Source: Octopus sinensis (Eukaryota). Taken from it: a DNA stretch of 64,000 nucleotides. The DNA lies in NCBI RefSeq assembly GCF_006345805.1, contig NC_043001.1, positions 104,780,001-104,844,000 on the forward strand. Direction: 5' to 3'. Under the pieces are notes generated by a model. It did not search any database. It was given only the letters and a program-made list of their open reading frames with translations, and had not been told where the DNA came from. This document shows, in pieces, positions 24,791-37,702 of the stretch (its first letter is position 1; every line of letters starts with the position of its first letter). Both the position numbers and the translations under genes were made by a program.

Positions 24791-25700
24791 TATCAGTCAT
24801 TGATGTATGCACACAACTGCGTGATTACAAACTCATTTCAGTTTCTATTCAATTTCACTTCATTCTTGTTTCAAAAGGTTCGTCAAACTGAAATTTCAAA
24901 CCGAAGAACTATATAAAGATGAGGAATGGAAGAAGTAATACGCATCGAACTCTTTGTATAAAGGCGTTTGGAATCAAAACAAAGTTAATTTCAGAGAGAT
25001 GGATAAAGTATAATCTTTAATTCAGAAAGCAAGGGATTTGAGCTCTTAACGCAGTAGCGGAAAACTAAACATTGGAAGCTGTTTAATCTGTCATTTTACA
25101 GCTTTACAAGAGTGCAGATCATCAAAAGCACAATCTGCTTAGAGATTGTTGGTTCGAATTTTCTCCTTGGCATTGAGCTCGACCTATGGTCAAGAACGTA
25201 ACACTTATAAGGCCCAATCCTCTTAATTATGACCAACTCGAATCTCTTACGTTTTCTTCCAACGTTTCGCCTTCCTTAAATTCTACTATTAAAAAAACAA
25301 ACAAACAAAACCATTCAATTTTTACAATTCCCTTATATTCATTTTCTGCGATACTCTTTTTGTTGCCATGGCAGCAAACAGTTTTGACTTCTGCTTGTGA
25401 GGTCCCTGGAATAATTTCATTGGCTAAAATTATGTAATTTTAGATGCTTCTATCTTGTTTATTCCTAACTTTGGTGGTGGGGTGGGGGAATGATGCAATG
25501 TTCATCATCATGCAAAACTACAACTGTGTGGAGAATTTGAAAACAATCCCCTGAGAATTGCAAAATCTTCAAGTGGTTGCAAGAAAACGAAAAAATCCAC
25601 CAGTTCAATACAAAAAAAAAATCACTCTGAACGAGCACCTGTAGTGTGTACTGACTGCAATAGTGAGTACGTTGTAGTTACACATATAGGTATGTATGTA

Positions 25701-25933
25701 CAAGGTTGGCCAAAAGTCATCTGACAGTAAATCAAAACCATTTAATTTCAAGATTTATTTATGTTCAACAACTGAATGGATTTAATAAAAGAATCTAAAT
25801 ATGTAACATCATGAACATTGGTCAAACTGAAGTAATTCTGGAGCAACACATTTTCCCATTCGAGTCGATACAGAACTACAGATAGTATTTATGGAATTTT
25901 CATTTACTGTCGGGTGACTTTTGGCCAACTCTG
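25701..25933. mobile_element. Tc1/mariner MITE
   Basis: ~32-bp TIR CAAGGTTGGCCAAAAGTCATCTGACAGTAAAT / ATTTACTGTCGGGTGACTTTTGGCCAACTCTG with TA flanks. Confidence 0.85.
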
Positions 25934-27259
25934 TATATATATATATATATATATGCAATATAATAATATAAATAATATATAAATATATGCATATATATGT
26001 ATATATATGTATACATACATGCATATATGGGTACAGGAGATAAAAAAAAACGTTGAACACAATGAGAAACGAAAACAAAAGCAAATCATAGAAAACGAAC
26101 TTTTTTTCGAACCACGACAAAAATAACAGAGAACCGGGACATGCAACATAAAGAATATTCCCCTTCATCAGTTGTCCCTGTTTCACTACTCCACGTTACG
26201 AAGGCAATATATATATATATATACATACATACTTTTTTCACATTACGTAAGCATATCAATCTTTCAAAGTGTGTAATTCACCGTTTCTTTCTGCACTTTT
26301 GCATAACGAAACGTTTCTTAAAAAAAAAAGAAACATTTTTTTTTTAAATTAAGAATATTATTTTCCTGCATTTGTTAAAATCTTCTAGAACCATCCCAAA
26401 CTTCGAAGGCGGATTTATAATTTCCGTCCTGCAATATAGGAAGCTCTTTTGTAAACCGACATTACGATTATGTTATCTTTTGAGGCAGAAGTCATTTCAT
26501 CTTTGGAAAAGCGAAAAACAAAACGCACTTATGAAATCTCGCACTTCCTATGAACACTGCATATTTTCCCGACCCACACTTCTCTTAAATGGAGATTCTT
26601 TACACCGGTTTAGAAAAAGAATAAACAGCGGATATATACATAGTTACATAAATATATTCTCGTTTGAACCAGCTTAGTTACGTAGCGTCACAAATGGTCA
26701 GGCATCTCTATTCTCCCTCCATTCTCTTCTTGGAATTTATACACAGGCGTCAAGGTCGCGCCTCAGATCCTGCATTCAATATTTTTCTCTTAGTTTCTCC
26801 TCCCCAGCACTGTGACTACTTCCAGTCCCCTCTGTCCACGGTTTTCTTGCTGTTATTTGACTCACAAATGCTTACCATGTCAGCAAAGGTTGCAAACACA
26901 CACACACACCACACACACACACACACCTTCCTTACGTTATCTGATAAATACAGACGATCTTTGAACTGAATGACATATAGATTGTTCTTATGCGCCCACC
27001 CTCCCACCCACTTCTGTGCTATAAAGTTGACCTGACATAGAAAACGAATTCAACTAACGTTAAGTTTATGTCATAAGGATTCCATTTCGGCACTTTAAAC
27101 CCAACAGACCATAAATCTTAGTGAGGCAGTCATTCAGTTACCAGTGGAATACAATTCAAAAATTGCATTCCACTAATCGAACGTTACAGCTTTGCCTTTT
27201 TAAAACAAAACACTTGATTGCGGCGTGTCAAACCCAGTACTTGTCTGTCTGTCTGTCTA

Positions 27260-27349
<90 letters not shown>

Positions 27350-27439
27350 CATCTGCCTATCTGTGTGTCTGTCTGTCTATGTGTCTCGTTGTTAAACAGT
27401 GCTAACACAAAGATATTCACGCACGCATAAGCACATATA

Positions 27440-27631
27440 CAGTAATCCCTCACCATATCACGGTTCACCTATCGCGGTTTATTATTTAAGCTTACGTCGA
27501 TTCCTCTGTAGTGTTGTTTTGCATTTATAACAAATGATAAAAATGGCTAAAAATAATAAATAAATACAGTACAGTACTGTTTCTACATCGCAGATTTTCA
27601 CCCATCACCCGCGACAGTCGAGGGATTACTG
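27440..27631. mobile_element. Tc1/pogo (Tigger-like) MITE, same family as 11138
   Basis: CAGTAATCCCTC...CGAGGGATTACTG; shares the internal atcacggttcacctatcgcggttt. Confidence 0.85.
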
Positions 27632-28021
27632 TCCTGTGTTCTTACACACTATCCGTTTATCGGTTTCATTCATGTAGCATTGGTTAGCTGAGGCTATGGT
27701 AGAAGACAACTAAGGTACAACGCCGTATGGTCGATCCCGAAACTACGTGGTTGCGAAGTGGACTTCTTTGCTCGCAGCCATACGTTCAGCGGAGACAAAT
27801 CAGACAGGCACCGGTCTCAGTCCAAGAGTTCCAAGACCATAGGGCGTCTGTTTAAAGCATTTAAAACAACGAACACCGGATTGTTTCATTTGCGTGGTCA
27901 GCGATGAGGATAGGGAATTGTGCGTCAGGTGACGAAATCGATTTGACACAGGTGTTAAAAAAGCGAAATAGCTGATCTCTTACTCCTAGTTCGGAATTAC
28001 TTCATGTCAATAACTTCATGT

Positions 28022-28380
28022 CTTTTATTTGTTTTAGTCGTTTGACTTCGGCCATGCTGGAGCACCGCCTTTAGTCGAACGAATCGATCCCAGGACTTAT
28101 TCTTTGTAAGCCTACTACTTATTATATCGGTATATTTTGCCGAACCGCTAAGTTACGGGGACGTTAACACACCAGCATCAGTTGTCAAGCGACACACACA
28201 CACGCATATACATACACGACGGGCTTCTTTCAGTTTCCATCTACCAAATCGACTCATAAAGCCTTGGTCAGCTCGAGCATATAGTAGAAGACACTTGGTC
28301 GAGGTGCCACGCAGTGGGACTGAACCCGGAACCATATAGTTGGGAAGCAAGCTTTTTACCACACAACCACACCTGCACCT
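28022..28380 (-). mobile_element. SINE family B
   Basis: Head and tail motifs. Confidence 0.85.
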
Positions 28381-28401
28381 ATACTTCGTATTTTTAAAAA
28401 A

Positions 28402-28735
28402 TCTTTTACTTGTCTCAGGCGTTTGACTGCAGCCATTCTGGAGCACCGTCTTGAAGAATATTTTACTCAAATGAAACTACTCAGGCACCTGTTTTTTTTA
28501 AAGCTTGGTACTTATTTTATCGTCTCTTCTGCCGAACCGCTAAGTTACAGGGACGAAAGCACTCCAACTCAAGCGACGGCGGGGGACAAAAAAAGAGACA
28601 ATCGCTCTCTCACACACAGACACAGACACACAGACACACATGATAGGCTTCTTTCAGTTTCCTTCTACTAAATCCATTCACAAGGCGTTGGTTGGCTCGA
28701 AGCTACGGTTAGAAGACACTTGGCCAAGATGCAGA
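28402..28735 (-). mobile_element. SINE family B (older, 5'-truncated)
   Basis: Tail and central motifs. Confidence 0.75.
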
Positions 28736-29799
28736 CAAAATCCAAGTAAGACAGTCCAACACCCTCCCGTTGCATAACACATTTGTTTTCGAAAATTGTA
28801 ATATTTTACGAATAATACAATATTTCCTGTCCGGAAATGTAACGTTCGCAGCATAAACCGCAAAAGGACCACCAGCTCTTCTACTTAACTGTGTCGTAAA
28901 ATTCCGACGAAATGTTCATTTGCATGCTATGCTGACGTCAATACTTGCGAGGAAAGAAAAAAAATCTAAGGATTTTAGACTGCAAAGGGAGTAATCCTTA
29001 AGACTGTTATTGTTTGATAACTCCAGGTTATCCCTGATCGAGCACATCTGTTATCAGAGACTTTCTATCTCCGATAAGCTTATACTGTTTTAATCAATGG
29101 ACTATATTATGTAATGCTTCCTTTCTTTGGGGGAGATTTGGTGCTGTTTCTTGCTGATTAAATGTCGGTGGATTCACCGTTGGTTTCGTAATCCTTAAAA
29201 TCAAATACAAAAGGAGAATCCCTAACGTAGCACAATACAGGTTGGCAATTTGATTAGGGTTGCGGTGGCCACAATACAGTTGTCAAGTAATTGTGATATT
29301 TCTCTTCGACTGCTAACAATAATGTTGCTAGTAGAATTCTATATGAACAACAACCGTCTTCCTACAACCCACAATTTATATGCGAATATTGGAAAGAACA
29401 GTCCGAAGTGTAACTTGATAGTCTCGCAAGATTAATAATACCTAAAAGAAAAAGCAAAAATACCTGACTTGGTGGGCAATTGTCAATTTCTCATTGTTTT
29501 CTACATTCTTTTAGTTCTGAAATTCATTCCTTCAACTTTATTCGTTGCGATTGAGTCATAGTTTTCCGTCTTGTAGTCTCTGAAAGTGCAAAGAAAGAAG
29601 AAAAATATTAAACGGAAATTAAATATGGTGTATTGATGAGTTTGGATAAAACTTATATCTTTTTATGAGTCTGCAACTCACTATACCCAGACTGTTATAT
29701 TTGCAGGGAGTGCACATTAATTAGTTTCTTAACCCACCCCCGCTGTTCAAAGAACACGGGGTTAAAAGGGCATCCATTTACCCTCGTCAAGCGCCGGGT

Positions 29800-30360
29800 C
29801 CTAAGCCTCCTCTCGACAGTTCACATTATTAGCGCCTTCTTCGTTCACTTATTTCACCCTCGGACGCCATTTTTTCCTGAGACACCGCAGAGATAACTTA
29901 AGACACCAGTGTAGACGACTGGATGGATCCATCCTGATCATATAACCAAACCACTTTATCCTTCTGCTGGCCACCAACAGATTTAGCGTGTATGAGGGCC
30001 CTAATCTCTTTAGTACTTCCAGCTTGGTGACACACTCTTTGTACGAAATGTGGTTTTCTTCCGCAAGAAACTTCATTAGAAAATGTTCAAGTGCCTCTCG
30101 AGTATTACTCAGGAGTTTTAATTCCCAGTCATACAGAGGTCTAGAGAAGTTGCTGCTTGAAAACGGATGGATTTTGATCTTCACACTGATATTGAGAGCT
30201 TTCCAGATCATAATTAATTTGAGAAAGGTAACAGTCCTACTGTTAACCTCTTTCTCAACACATCCATTACAACAAATGTTAATGTCAAGATATGTGAAGT
30301 CTCCCGGCTGTTCCTTTATGGATGAAATTCTTAACTGACCTTTGCGTGCCTTCATCATTT
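29800..30360 (-). mobile_element. Decayed RTE-like LINE RT C-terminal fragment
   Basis: ORF 29849-30358: WKALNISVKIKI..PLYDWE..EVLKRLG..RRIKWFGYMIRMD, matching the post-RT region of RTE-like LINEs. Confidence 0.7.
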
Positions 30361-30565
30361 CTTTGGTTCTTTCAATCTAAAAGCCAGATCTTTTACAGGC
30401 ATCGTGTAAGCTGTTGCATCTTTCTTATATTACCGATTTATCTTCAGCAATCAAAGCCAAGATATCTGTGAAGTTCAAGTCCGTAATCTTGATGCCATCT
30501 GTTTCACGGGAGTTCATTGCGATGATCCACTGATATCATAATATAAGTAATAATTTCGATGGCCA

Positions 30566-30626
30566 GATAACTGAAGAGATGGCGGCGTGGGTTTCCGCCC
30601 CGACATCCGAAACTCGGAGTTTTATC
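30566..30626 (+). ncRNA. Type I hammerhead ribozyme motif
   Basis: GATAA-CTGAAGA-GATG..CATC(C)-GAAA-CTCGGAG-T-T-TTATC. Perfect 5-bp stem I, intact core, quasi-palindromic ACTC.GAGT stem III, GUU triplet. Confidence 0.65.
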
Positions 30627-30740
30627 ATGACTACCGAATAATTGTCATATATTATATTTACAGATAAATTCCTATATTTACATAATATCGAGGTATCTTT
30701 CATTCTTTTGTTGTCTTACCATTTCTATCAATATATATAT

Positions 30741-30792
<52 letters not shown>

Positions 30793-31269
30793 GTGTGTGT
30801 TTGTCCTTCTACCACCTCAAAACCAGTGTTGGTGTATTTGTTTCCTCGTAACTTTGCGGTTCGGTAAAAGAGACCGATAGAATAAACACCAGGTTTTAAA
30901 AATAATCTTAAACACTGGCTTCCTTAAAAATAACCTTAAGCACAGGCTTCATTCAGTTTCCGTCGACATTCACTGACTATTCAGTGACTCCTTTCTAATC
31001 TACGTCGGACCGGTGACTGTATGCAGGTCAAAGAGCCTAGCGGCTATGAATCAGACTGACTGAATTACTGATTCGAGACCTCGTCTGACGCATTTTACAT
31101 TCAACTAATTAAGATCGTTTTCCTGGTTCTATTTATAGAAGTAAAAGGCAACGGCCTGACAAAGCGTGTGTGAATGTGTCTTCGTATATATTCCCATGAT
31201 ATTAATGTATAACATACAGCATGGAATATTATATAAAACGTCTTTATTTTTCTAAGTTCAGTTAAACTG

Positions 31270-31495
31270 GTTTCAAATTTTTGGCACAGGGGCAGCAATT
31301 ATAGGGGGTGGGGGTGTAAGTCGATAACACCGACCCCATTTTTTAACTGGTACTTGCTTTATCGACCTCGAAAAAAAAAAAGAATGAAAGGCAAAGTCGA
31401 TCTCGATGGAATTTGAACTCAGGATGTAAATAAAGACGAATAGCTGTTCAGCATTTTCTCTGGCGTTCTAACAATTCGGCCACTCTGCTGCCTTA
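31270..31495 (-). mobile_element. SINE family A
   Basis: Shared family A core. Confidence 0.8.
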
Positions 31496-31598
31496 TGCTG
31501 AGTCATAGTAAAAACAGATTTACATGAATCTGATCGGTTGCTCAAAAATTTTGTTGAGTACAGATCTATTATTCTTAAACAAGCATATTATTAATCGC

Positions 31599-31645
31599 GA
31601 CAATCTGACAATGGCTTAACTAGCCGAAACTTCGAGGTCACTGTC
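31599..31645 (+). ncRNA. Degenerate hammerhead motif
   Basis: GACAAT-CTGACAA-TGGC ttaacta GCC-GAAA-CTTCGAG-GTC-ACTGTC. G8A change; 5/6 stem I. Related copy at 9346-9392 (-). Confidence 0.45.
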
Positions 31646-31654
31646 AATAATATT

Positions 31655-31695
31655 CTATATATATACATTCATACATACATTCATACATACATACA

Positions 31696-31726
<31 letters not shown>

Positions 31727-31975
31727 GTATAATTCATACATAGATGTATATATATGTATATATATGTGTGTATATAAGTATATATATGTATATGTATGTA
31801 TGTGTATATATATATATATATGTATAAATATATATATACATATATATATATACATACATATACATATATATACTTATATACATATATATATATATACATA
31901 TATACATACATATACATACATATATATACATATATACATACATATATATATATATATACATATATATATACATAT

Positions 31976-32018
<43 letters not shown>
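31655..32018. repeat. (TACA)n/(TA)n microsatellite block
   Basis: Direct inspection. Confidence 0.95.
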
Positions 32019-32020
<2 letters not shown>

Positions 32021-32124
32021 GTGAATATCCTTAAAAAACTTAGGGAATAATATTTATTCCAGGTTATCAGGACATTTACTATTTTACACTTTATTAATGC
32101 AATGTAAACAGTATCATTCATAAT

Positions 32125-32482
32125 ATTATTACAAATTTGGGATTTTACCAACAGAACCGCAACTCCTATTTCAGGCAATATTATTGCCTGGAATACACAT
32201 AGAAAGTTATATCCAATAAAATAATAAAATAATATATGTATTTTAACACCTACAATAAAGTACAATAAAAATAATTTTAAAAAATTATTAAAAAAAATAT
32301 TTGGAAAAATATATATACCTTACGTGTTATTAGTGTTTGGGGAATTTCATTGTACTTTATTGTAGGTTTTAAAATGCTTATATCATTTTATTATTATATT
32401 GGATATAACTTTCTATGTGTATTCCAATAAATAAGGTTGTCCTGAAATAGGAGTTGCGGTTCTATTGGTAAAATCCCAAATT

Positions 32483-32490
<8 letters not shown>
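32125..32490. repeat. Foldback element, ~145-bp arms
   Basis: aaatttgggattttaccaacagaaccgcaactcctatttcagg...tacaataaagtacaat versus attgtactttattgtagg...gagttgcggttctattggtaaaatcccaaattt. Confidence 0.85.
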
Positions 32491-32516
<26 letters not shown>

Positions 32517-32661
32517 TATTCTGCTCAATACCACAGATTTGCTTGTCAGTTGTTTGACCGTAACCAGTTGAGCTTGTCCTTTAGTGGCTGACGATATGTG
32601 CATCTCTGATCACGAGCAGAAGTAGTGGGGGAGCATCATAGCCATGTATAGAGAGGAATAT

Positions 32662-32885
32662 ATGTTTGTGTGTCTGTGCTTGACCCTCACCCTAACATCG
32701 CTTGACAACCGATGCTGGTGTGTTTATGTCCACGCCACACCGTGAGTTTATGTCCTCGTAAAAATCGACCGATATAATAAGTAGTAAGCTTACAAAGAAT
32801 AAGTCCTGAGGTGGATTCATTCAACTAAAGGCGGCGCTCTAGCATGGCCGCAGTCAAATGACTGAGACAAGTAAAAGAATAATAG
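32662..32885 (+). mobile_element. SINE family B, 3' half
   Basis: catcgcttgacaaccgatgctggtgtg...gcatggccgcagtcaaatgactgag. Confidence 0.8.
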
Positions 32886-33296
32886 AATAAAATAATATAC
32901 ACCAAAACAAAGAGGGGTTAATAAAAAGATATTATTCCAGGCGAAAGTCTTCTTCAGCTCTCTACAGATAAAAGTGCAACAGGCGAACAAAGAGGCCTCG
33001 TGTACTGTAGTCCCGATAACCCGAAGTCGAAAGCCAAAGTTCACCATCAGTCAACTTTGAAATCCATCATCGCATCACCCAGTTAATATGTTAAGTTTTT
33101 ACAGGATGATACATAAAACAAACAGAAATAATGGATTATGTAAATTTATTTGCTTACCGTTTTTTTTTCAGGTAAGCATCTGGTTGCGTTCATAGTTCAA
33201 TTTTATTAGTCGATCGATTGATCAACTGAGAATATTCAACGGCCCTCACAGTGAAATCCTCTCCAGAGTTCGCCATTATTTCTGTCTAATGGATAT

Positions 33297-33471
33297 TGTT
33301 TTACATGTTTCGGTCATTTGACTGCGGCCATGCTGGAGCACTGCCTTTAGTTGAACAAATTGACCACAGGGCTTATTTGTAAGCCTAGTACTTATTCTAT
33401 CAGTCTCTTTTTACGGGGACGTAAACACAACAACATCGGTTGTGAAGCAGTTGTGTGTCTGTATGGGGGAA

Positions 33472-33503
<32 letters not shown>

Positions 33504-33670
33504 TTCATATATACGACAGGGCTTCTTTCACTTTCCGTCTACCAAATCCACTCACAAGGCTTTGGTCGGCCTGAGGCTATAGTAGAAGACACTTGCTCAA
33601 GGTGCTACGACGTGGGACGGAACCCGTAACTATGTGGTTAGTAAGCGATCTTTTTACCACACAGCCACTC
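33297..33670 (-). mobile_element. SINE family B
   Basis: Head and tail motifs. Confidence 0.85.
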
Positions 33671-33944
33671 TACTGTTTATGAAATCAGCGTGTGATTTCA
33701 ACGGAAATCTTATAAATGACAAGGTGAATTGAGTTTAACCCTAGGCGCGGTGAGAGCCACCGATGTGCATTAAGGGAAATGTGAAATCATCGATGATCTG
33801 GCGATGGTCGCTGCTGTTGGGGTTTACTTCCTTTGTCAGTCAGTAAGATAGGGCATTCTGTGGTTATTCAGTTATTTTGACTCTTATTTCTAGCGATGTT
33901 GGTGCTGATTAGTGCCCTTTGCCACTTTAGTGACATGTATATCG

Positions 33945-34106
33945 GCGCGGGAGTGGCTGTGTGGTAAGTAGCTTGCTTCCCAACCACATGGTTCCGGGTT
34001 CAGTCCCACTGCGTGGCACCTTGGCCAAGTGTCTTCTACTATAGCCTCGGGACGACCAAAGCCTTGTGAAGAAATTTGGTAGACGGAAACTGAAAGAAGC
34101 CCGTCG

Positions 34107-34166
<60 letters not shown>

Positions 34167-34235
34167 ATGTGTGTGTGTGTGTCTGTGTCTGTGTTTGTCC
34201 TAACATCGCTTGACAACTGATGTTGGTGTGTTTGC
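33945..34235 (+). mobile_element. SINE family B (3'-truncated)
   Basis: Head, microsatellite and start of tail. Confidence 0.85.
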
Positions 34236-34594
34236 GTCATATGGTTATGAGCGACCCCACGACGAAATCTAGGCTAACTGCATCAATGTCTTTGATTTAG
34301 CCTCTGAATCAGTCTGTTGGCATTCCAAGTTAGAGCATAATATCTTTGATAGTTTGCCATAAAAATTGATCTAAAATAAGGGTATGTTTGCCTTGGCGGT
34401 CATTTTGAATATATAATTAGGTCATGAATAGATAATGTGCACATTTGAATATTATGTTTTTTGGTAGAACTAACATTGTTCTTGATGTATGCCATATTTG
34501 GTTTGCTTGGATTTTATTCCCACTCAGTGAGAGCATCTTCAATTTAGGTGTGTTCTACGCCTTGGGGGGTTAGTCTTGCCTTAACGTGGTTCTC

Positions 34595-34792
34595 AGGATG
34601 ATTCAGTGTCACACAGAGAACACGACAAGGTTGGCCCTTTCAATTACAAATACACTCACTTTTGCCAGCTGAGTGGACTGGAAAAACGGGAAATGAAGTG
34701 TCTTGCTCAAGGACACAACGCGCTGGAGGCAATCGAATTAGCAACGCTACGATCGTGAGTCGAACACACTGACCACAGAGCTACGCACCTTC
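34595..34792 (-). mobile_element. SINE family D-related copy
   Basis: gtgtcttgctcaaggacacaacg core and tRNA-like head. Confidence 0.75.
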
Positions 34793-34812
34793 ACACACAC
34801 ACACACATACAC

Positions 34813-34845
<33 letters not shown>

Positions 34846-34863
34846 AACACACACACACACACA

Positions 34864-34905
<42 letters not shown>
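34789..34905. repeat. (CA)n microsatellite
   Basis: Direct inspection. Confidence 0.95.
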
Positions 34906-34907
<2 letters not shown>

Positions 34908-35630
34908 TACGTGTATTGATATATATGGTTACAGGCAAACATGCTCAAAAGTTCCCTCGTACTTACAAACGAATTCACAAATGATTGAAATGTAAATTAC
35001 ATATCGATGAATGTAAGTTTACATAATGGAGAATAGGTTGAATAAAATATTGTTTGTCGCTTGATGTTATTCCTTCAGTGGAAACAGCTGCAGGGAAAGA
35101 AAGTCAGAAGCGAGTAGAGAGAGAGAAAGAAAGAGTGAAAGAATGATGCAGAGAGACAGAGAGAGAAGGAGGGAGAGAGATTGAGGGTGTGTGTATATAT
35201 GTGTGTATGTTTACAATAAAGGCTAGGAGACAGTAGGGAAGCAGTATATATTTATTATATGCATGTATTTGTCTTGTTACTTACATGTCATATTATATTC
35301 ACGGTGAGCCAGTCGCAAACTGACCGGCAGCAGGACAAAGAATACAGCTGTTTGAATGTTGATCGTTATGATGAGATGAATGGTTTTCAGCATTAAAACA
35401 AGACCAACCATTGCGAGGAAGCGCGGTGTGTGGCAAATTAGGATGATACTGAATGTAGAGGAATGCATGATGGATATATCAAAGTCAAGTCAATCATGGC
35501 AGGATATAAATCCAGAAAGCGGCATATGGGCTCGAGTTTAGCCCTGATGCGTAGTGCCTTCGGCTATTGCCTGGGGCCGGCCAAAACCTTGTGAGTAGAT
35601 TTGAGAGACAAAGACTGAAAGTAGGGTGCC

Positions 35631-35663
<33 letters not shown>

Positions 35664-35674
35664 TGTATAAAAAA

Positions 35675-35694
35675 ATATATAATATATATATTTA

Positions 35695-35754
<60 letters not shown>

Positions 35755-36078
35755 TATATATTAATATATATATATACTTTGATACTTTGATACTTTGATA
35801 GGTTTCGGCCATTATTGGCCCAGGCCATGTCTAACTTAATAGCACCACCTATATATATATATAATATATATATATATATACTATATATATATATATAATA
35901 GATATATTCATATATATATATGTATATATATATTTATATATTTGTATATATATATTTATATATATGTTTATATATTTATATATATGTATATATATTTATA
36001 TATTATATATATATGTATGTATATATATATATATGTATATATATGTTAATATATAATATAATGTATATATATATATAT

Positions 36079-36112
<34 letters not shown>

Positions 36113-36190
36113 TATATATATATATATATATTATATATATTATATATATATATATTTATATATACACACACATATATATATTTATATATA
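35675..36190. repeat. (TA)n-rich microsatellite block
   Basis: Direct inspection. Confidence 0.95.
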
Positions 36191-36396
36191 AATGCATGTG
36201 TGTTTTTCAGTGTTTACAAATACACGGAAAAAATAAATAAATAGTTACCAGGGTGGCAAAAATTCACACAAGTACCAAGGATGTAACAGCCCACTTACAA
36301 AAGTAGAAACTCCAGGTTTAGGTGAAATGCTTTATATATTATAGATAAAGATCAATGCTTTTGATCGGTGTTAATATATGTTCCTGTATTATTTTT

Positions 36397-36543
36397 ATAA
36401 TATGCAGCGTAGCAAGTTTGAATTCCTGTCGAATAAATCGGTGGCCCGATAGCTTATCTATTCGGTTGAAATGGCCGAATGGATAAGCTATTGCGCTACC
36501 GATTTATACGACTGGAGCTCAAGCCTGCTATGCTGCATGTTAT
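36397..36543. repeat. Indel-free hairpin, 69-bp arms, 9-nt loop
   Basis: Paired positions sum to 72940 throughout; loop TTGAAATGG at 36466-36474. Confidence 0.85.
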
Positions 36544-36580
36544 TATTTTTATATAAGTTTCTCTCAATATAAACAACTTA

Positions 36581-36742
36581 GGTGCAGGAGTGGCTGTGTG
36601 GTAAGTAGCTTGCTAACCAACCACATGGTTCCAGGTTCAGTCCCACTGCGTGGGATCTTGGGCAAGTGTCTTCTGCTATAGCCCCGGGCCGACCAATGTC
36701 TTGTGAGTGGATTTGGTAGACGGAAACTGAAAGAAGCCTGTC

Positions 36743-36811
<69 letters not shown>

Positions 36812-37702
36812 GTCCCCAAAGAGCGGCTATAAGCGGTGTGGTGAAGCGGTGACTGTCTATTGCAGAGGCTACTGCGCATCGCAGAACACGTACCCACACA
36901 TTACACCGTCGCTAAGGGTAAGGTGAGGGTCCACCACGGACAATTGCGGGACCTCCGACTTTTGTGGACAGGACAAGCGTCCAGGTAGCCGCGCTCCGAG
37001 CTTACGTGCCACCCGCAGACACTCCGCTCTTACACGCACCCGCCTCAACGCTGACAAGCCACGCGTCCAGGTAGCCACGCTCAGAGCTAACGAGGGTCCA
37101 TACACACCTCGCTCTTACACGCACTTGCCTCAACGCCCGGTGTATTAAGGTGGGACGGTGCCACCGGGGCCGCCAGGTACCTGGGCCGCTTGCCGGTTCG
37201 ACGCCTATGCGGATTCCGGAAGACCGACCCCTATTCGAAGCCAACTGAGGGCAGCTTGAGACGGCCCACCGACGTTCAACGCGTTAACGGATCTCGGCAA
37301 CGGTCCTTCACTCACGGAGTGGTTGGCGTTAGGAAGGGCATCCAGCCGTAGAAACACTGCCAGATCTGACTGGGCCTGATGAAGCCTTCCAGCTTCACAG
37401 ACCCCAGTTGAACCGTCCAACCCATGCTAGCATGGAGAACGGACGCTAAATGATGATGATGATGATGATGTATGTGTGTGTGTGTGTGTGTTTGTGTGTC
37501 TGTGTTTGTCACCCTAGCATTGCTTGACAACCGATGCTGGTGTGTTTACGACCCCGTCACTTAGCGGTTCGGCAAAAGAGACCGAAAGAATAAGTACTGG
37601 GCTTACAAAGAATATGTCCCGGGGTCGATTTGCTCGACAAAAGGCGGTGCTCCAGCATGGCCGCAGTCAAATGACTGAAACAAGTAAAAGAGTAAAGAGA
37701 GT
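36581..37702 (+). mobile_element. SINE family B split by a ~660-bp insertion in its microsatellite
   Basis: Head 36581-36745 and tail ~37475-37702. Confidence 0.8.
37308..37470 (+). mobile_element. RTE-tail SINE 3' part ending in (GAT)n
   Basis: ggagtggttggcgttaggaagggcatccagccgtagaaac...catggagaacggacgctaaatgatgatgat. Confidence 0.75.

Noticed and set aside
31655-32265. Long YIYI/MYVC/HTHT/LSIY ORFs here and at 9491-9845, 35538-36240, 53855-54858, 55864-56160 and 61320-62868
   Set aside because: Translations of (TA)n, (TATG)n, (CA)n and (TATC)n microsatellites, which lack stop codons by composition.
36812-37300. Telomerase RNA or rRNA gene fragment
   Set aside because: No CTAACCCTAA-type template and no conserved 18S, 5.8S or 28S motif that I could recognise; kept only as an unassigned GC island.
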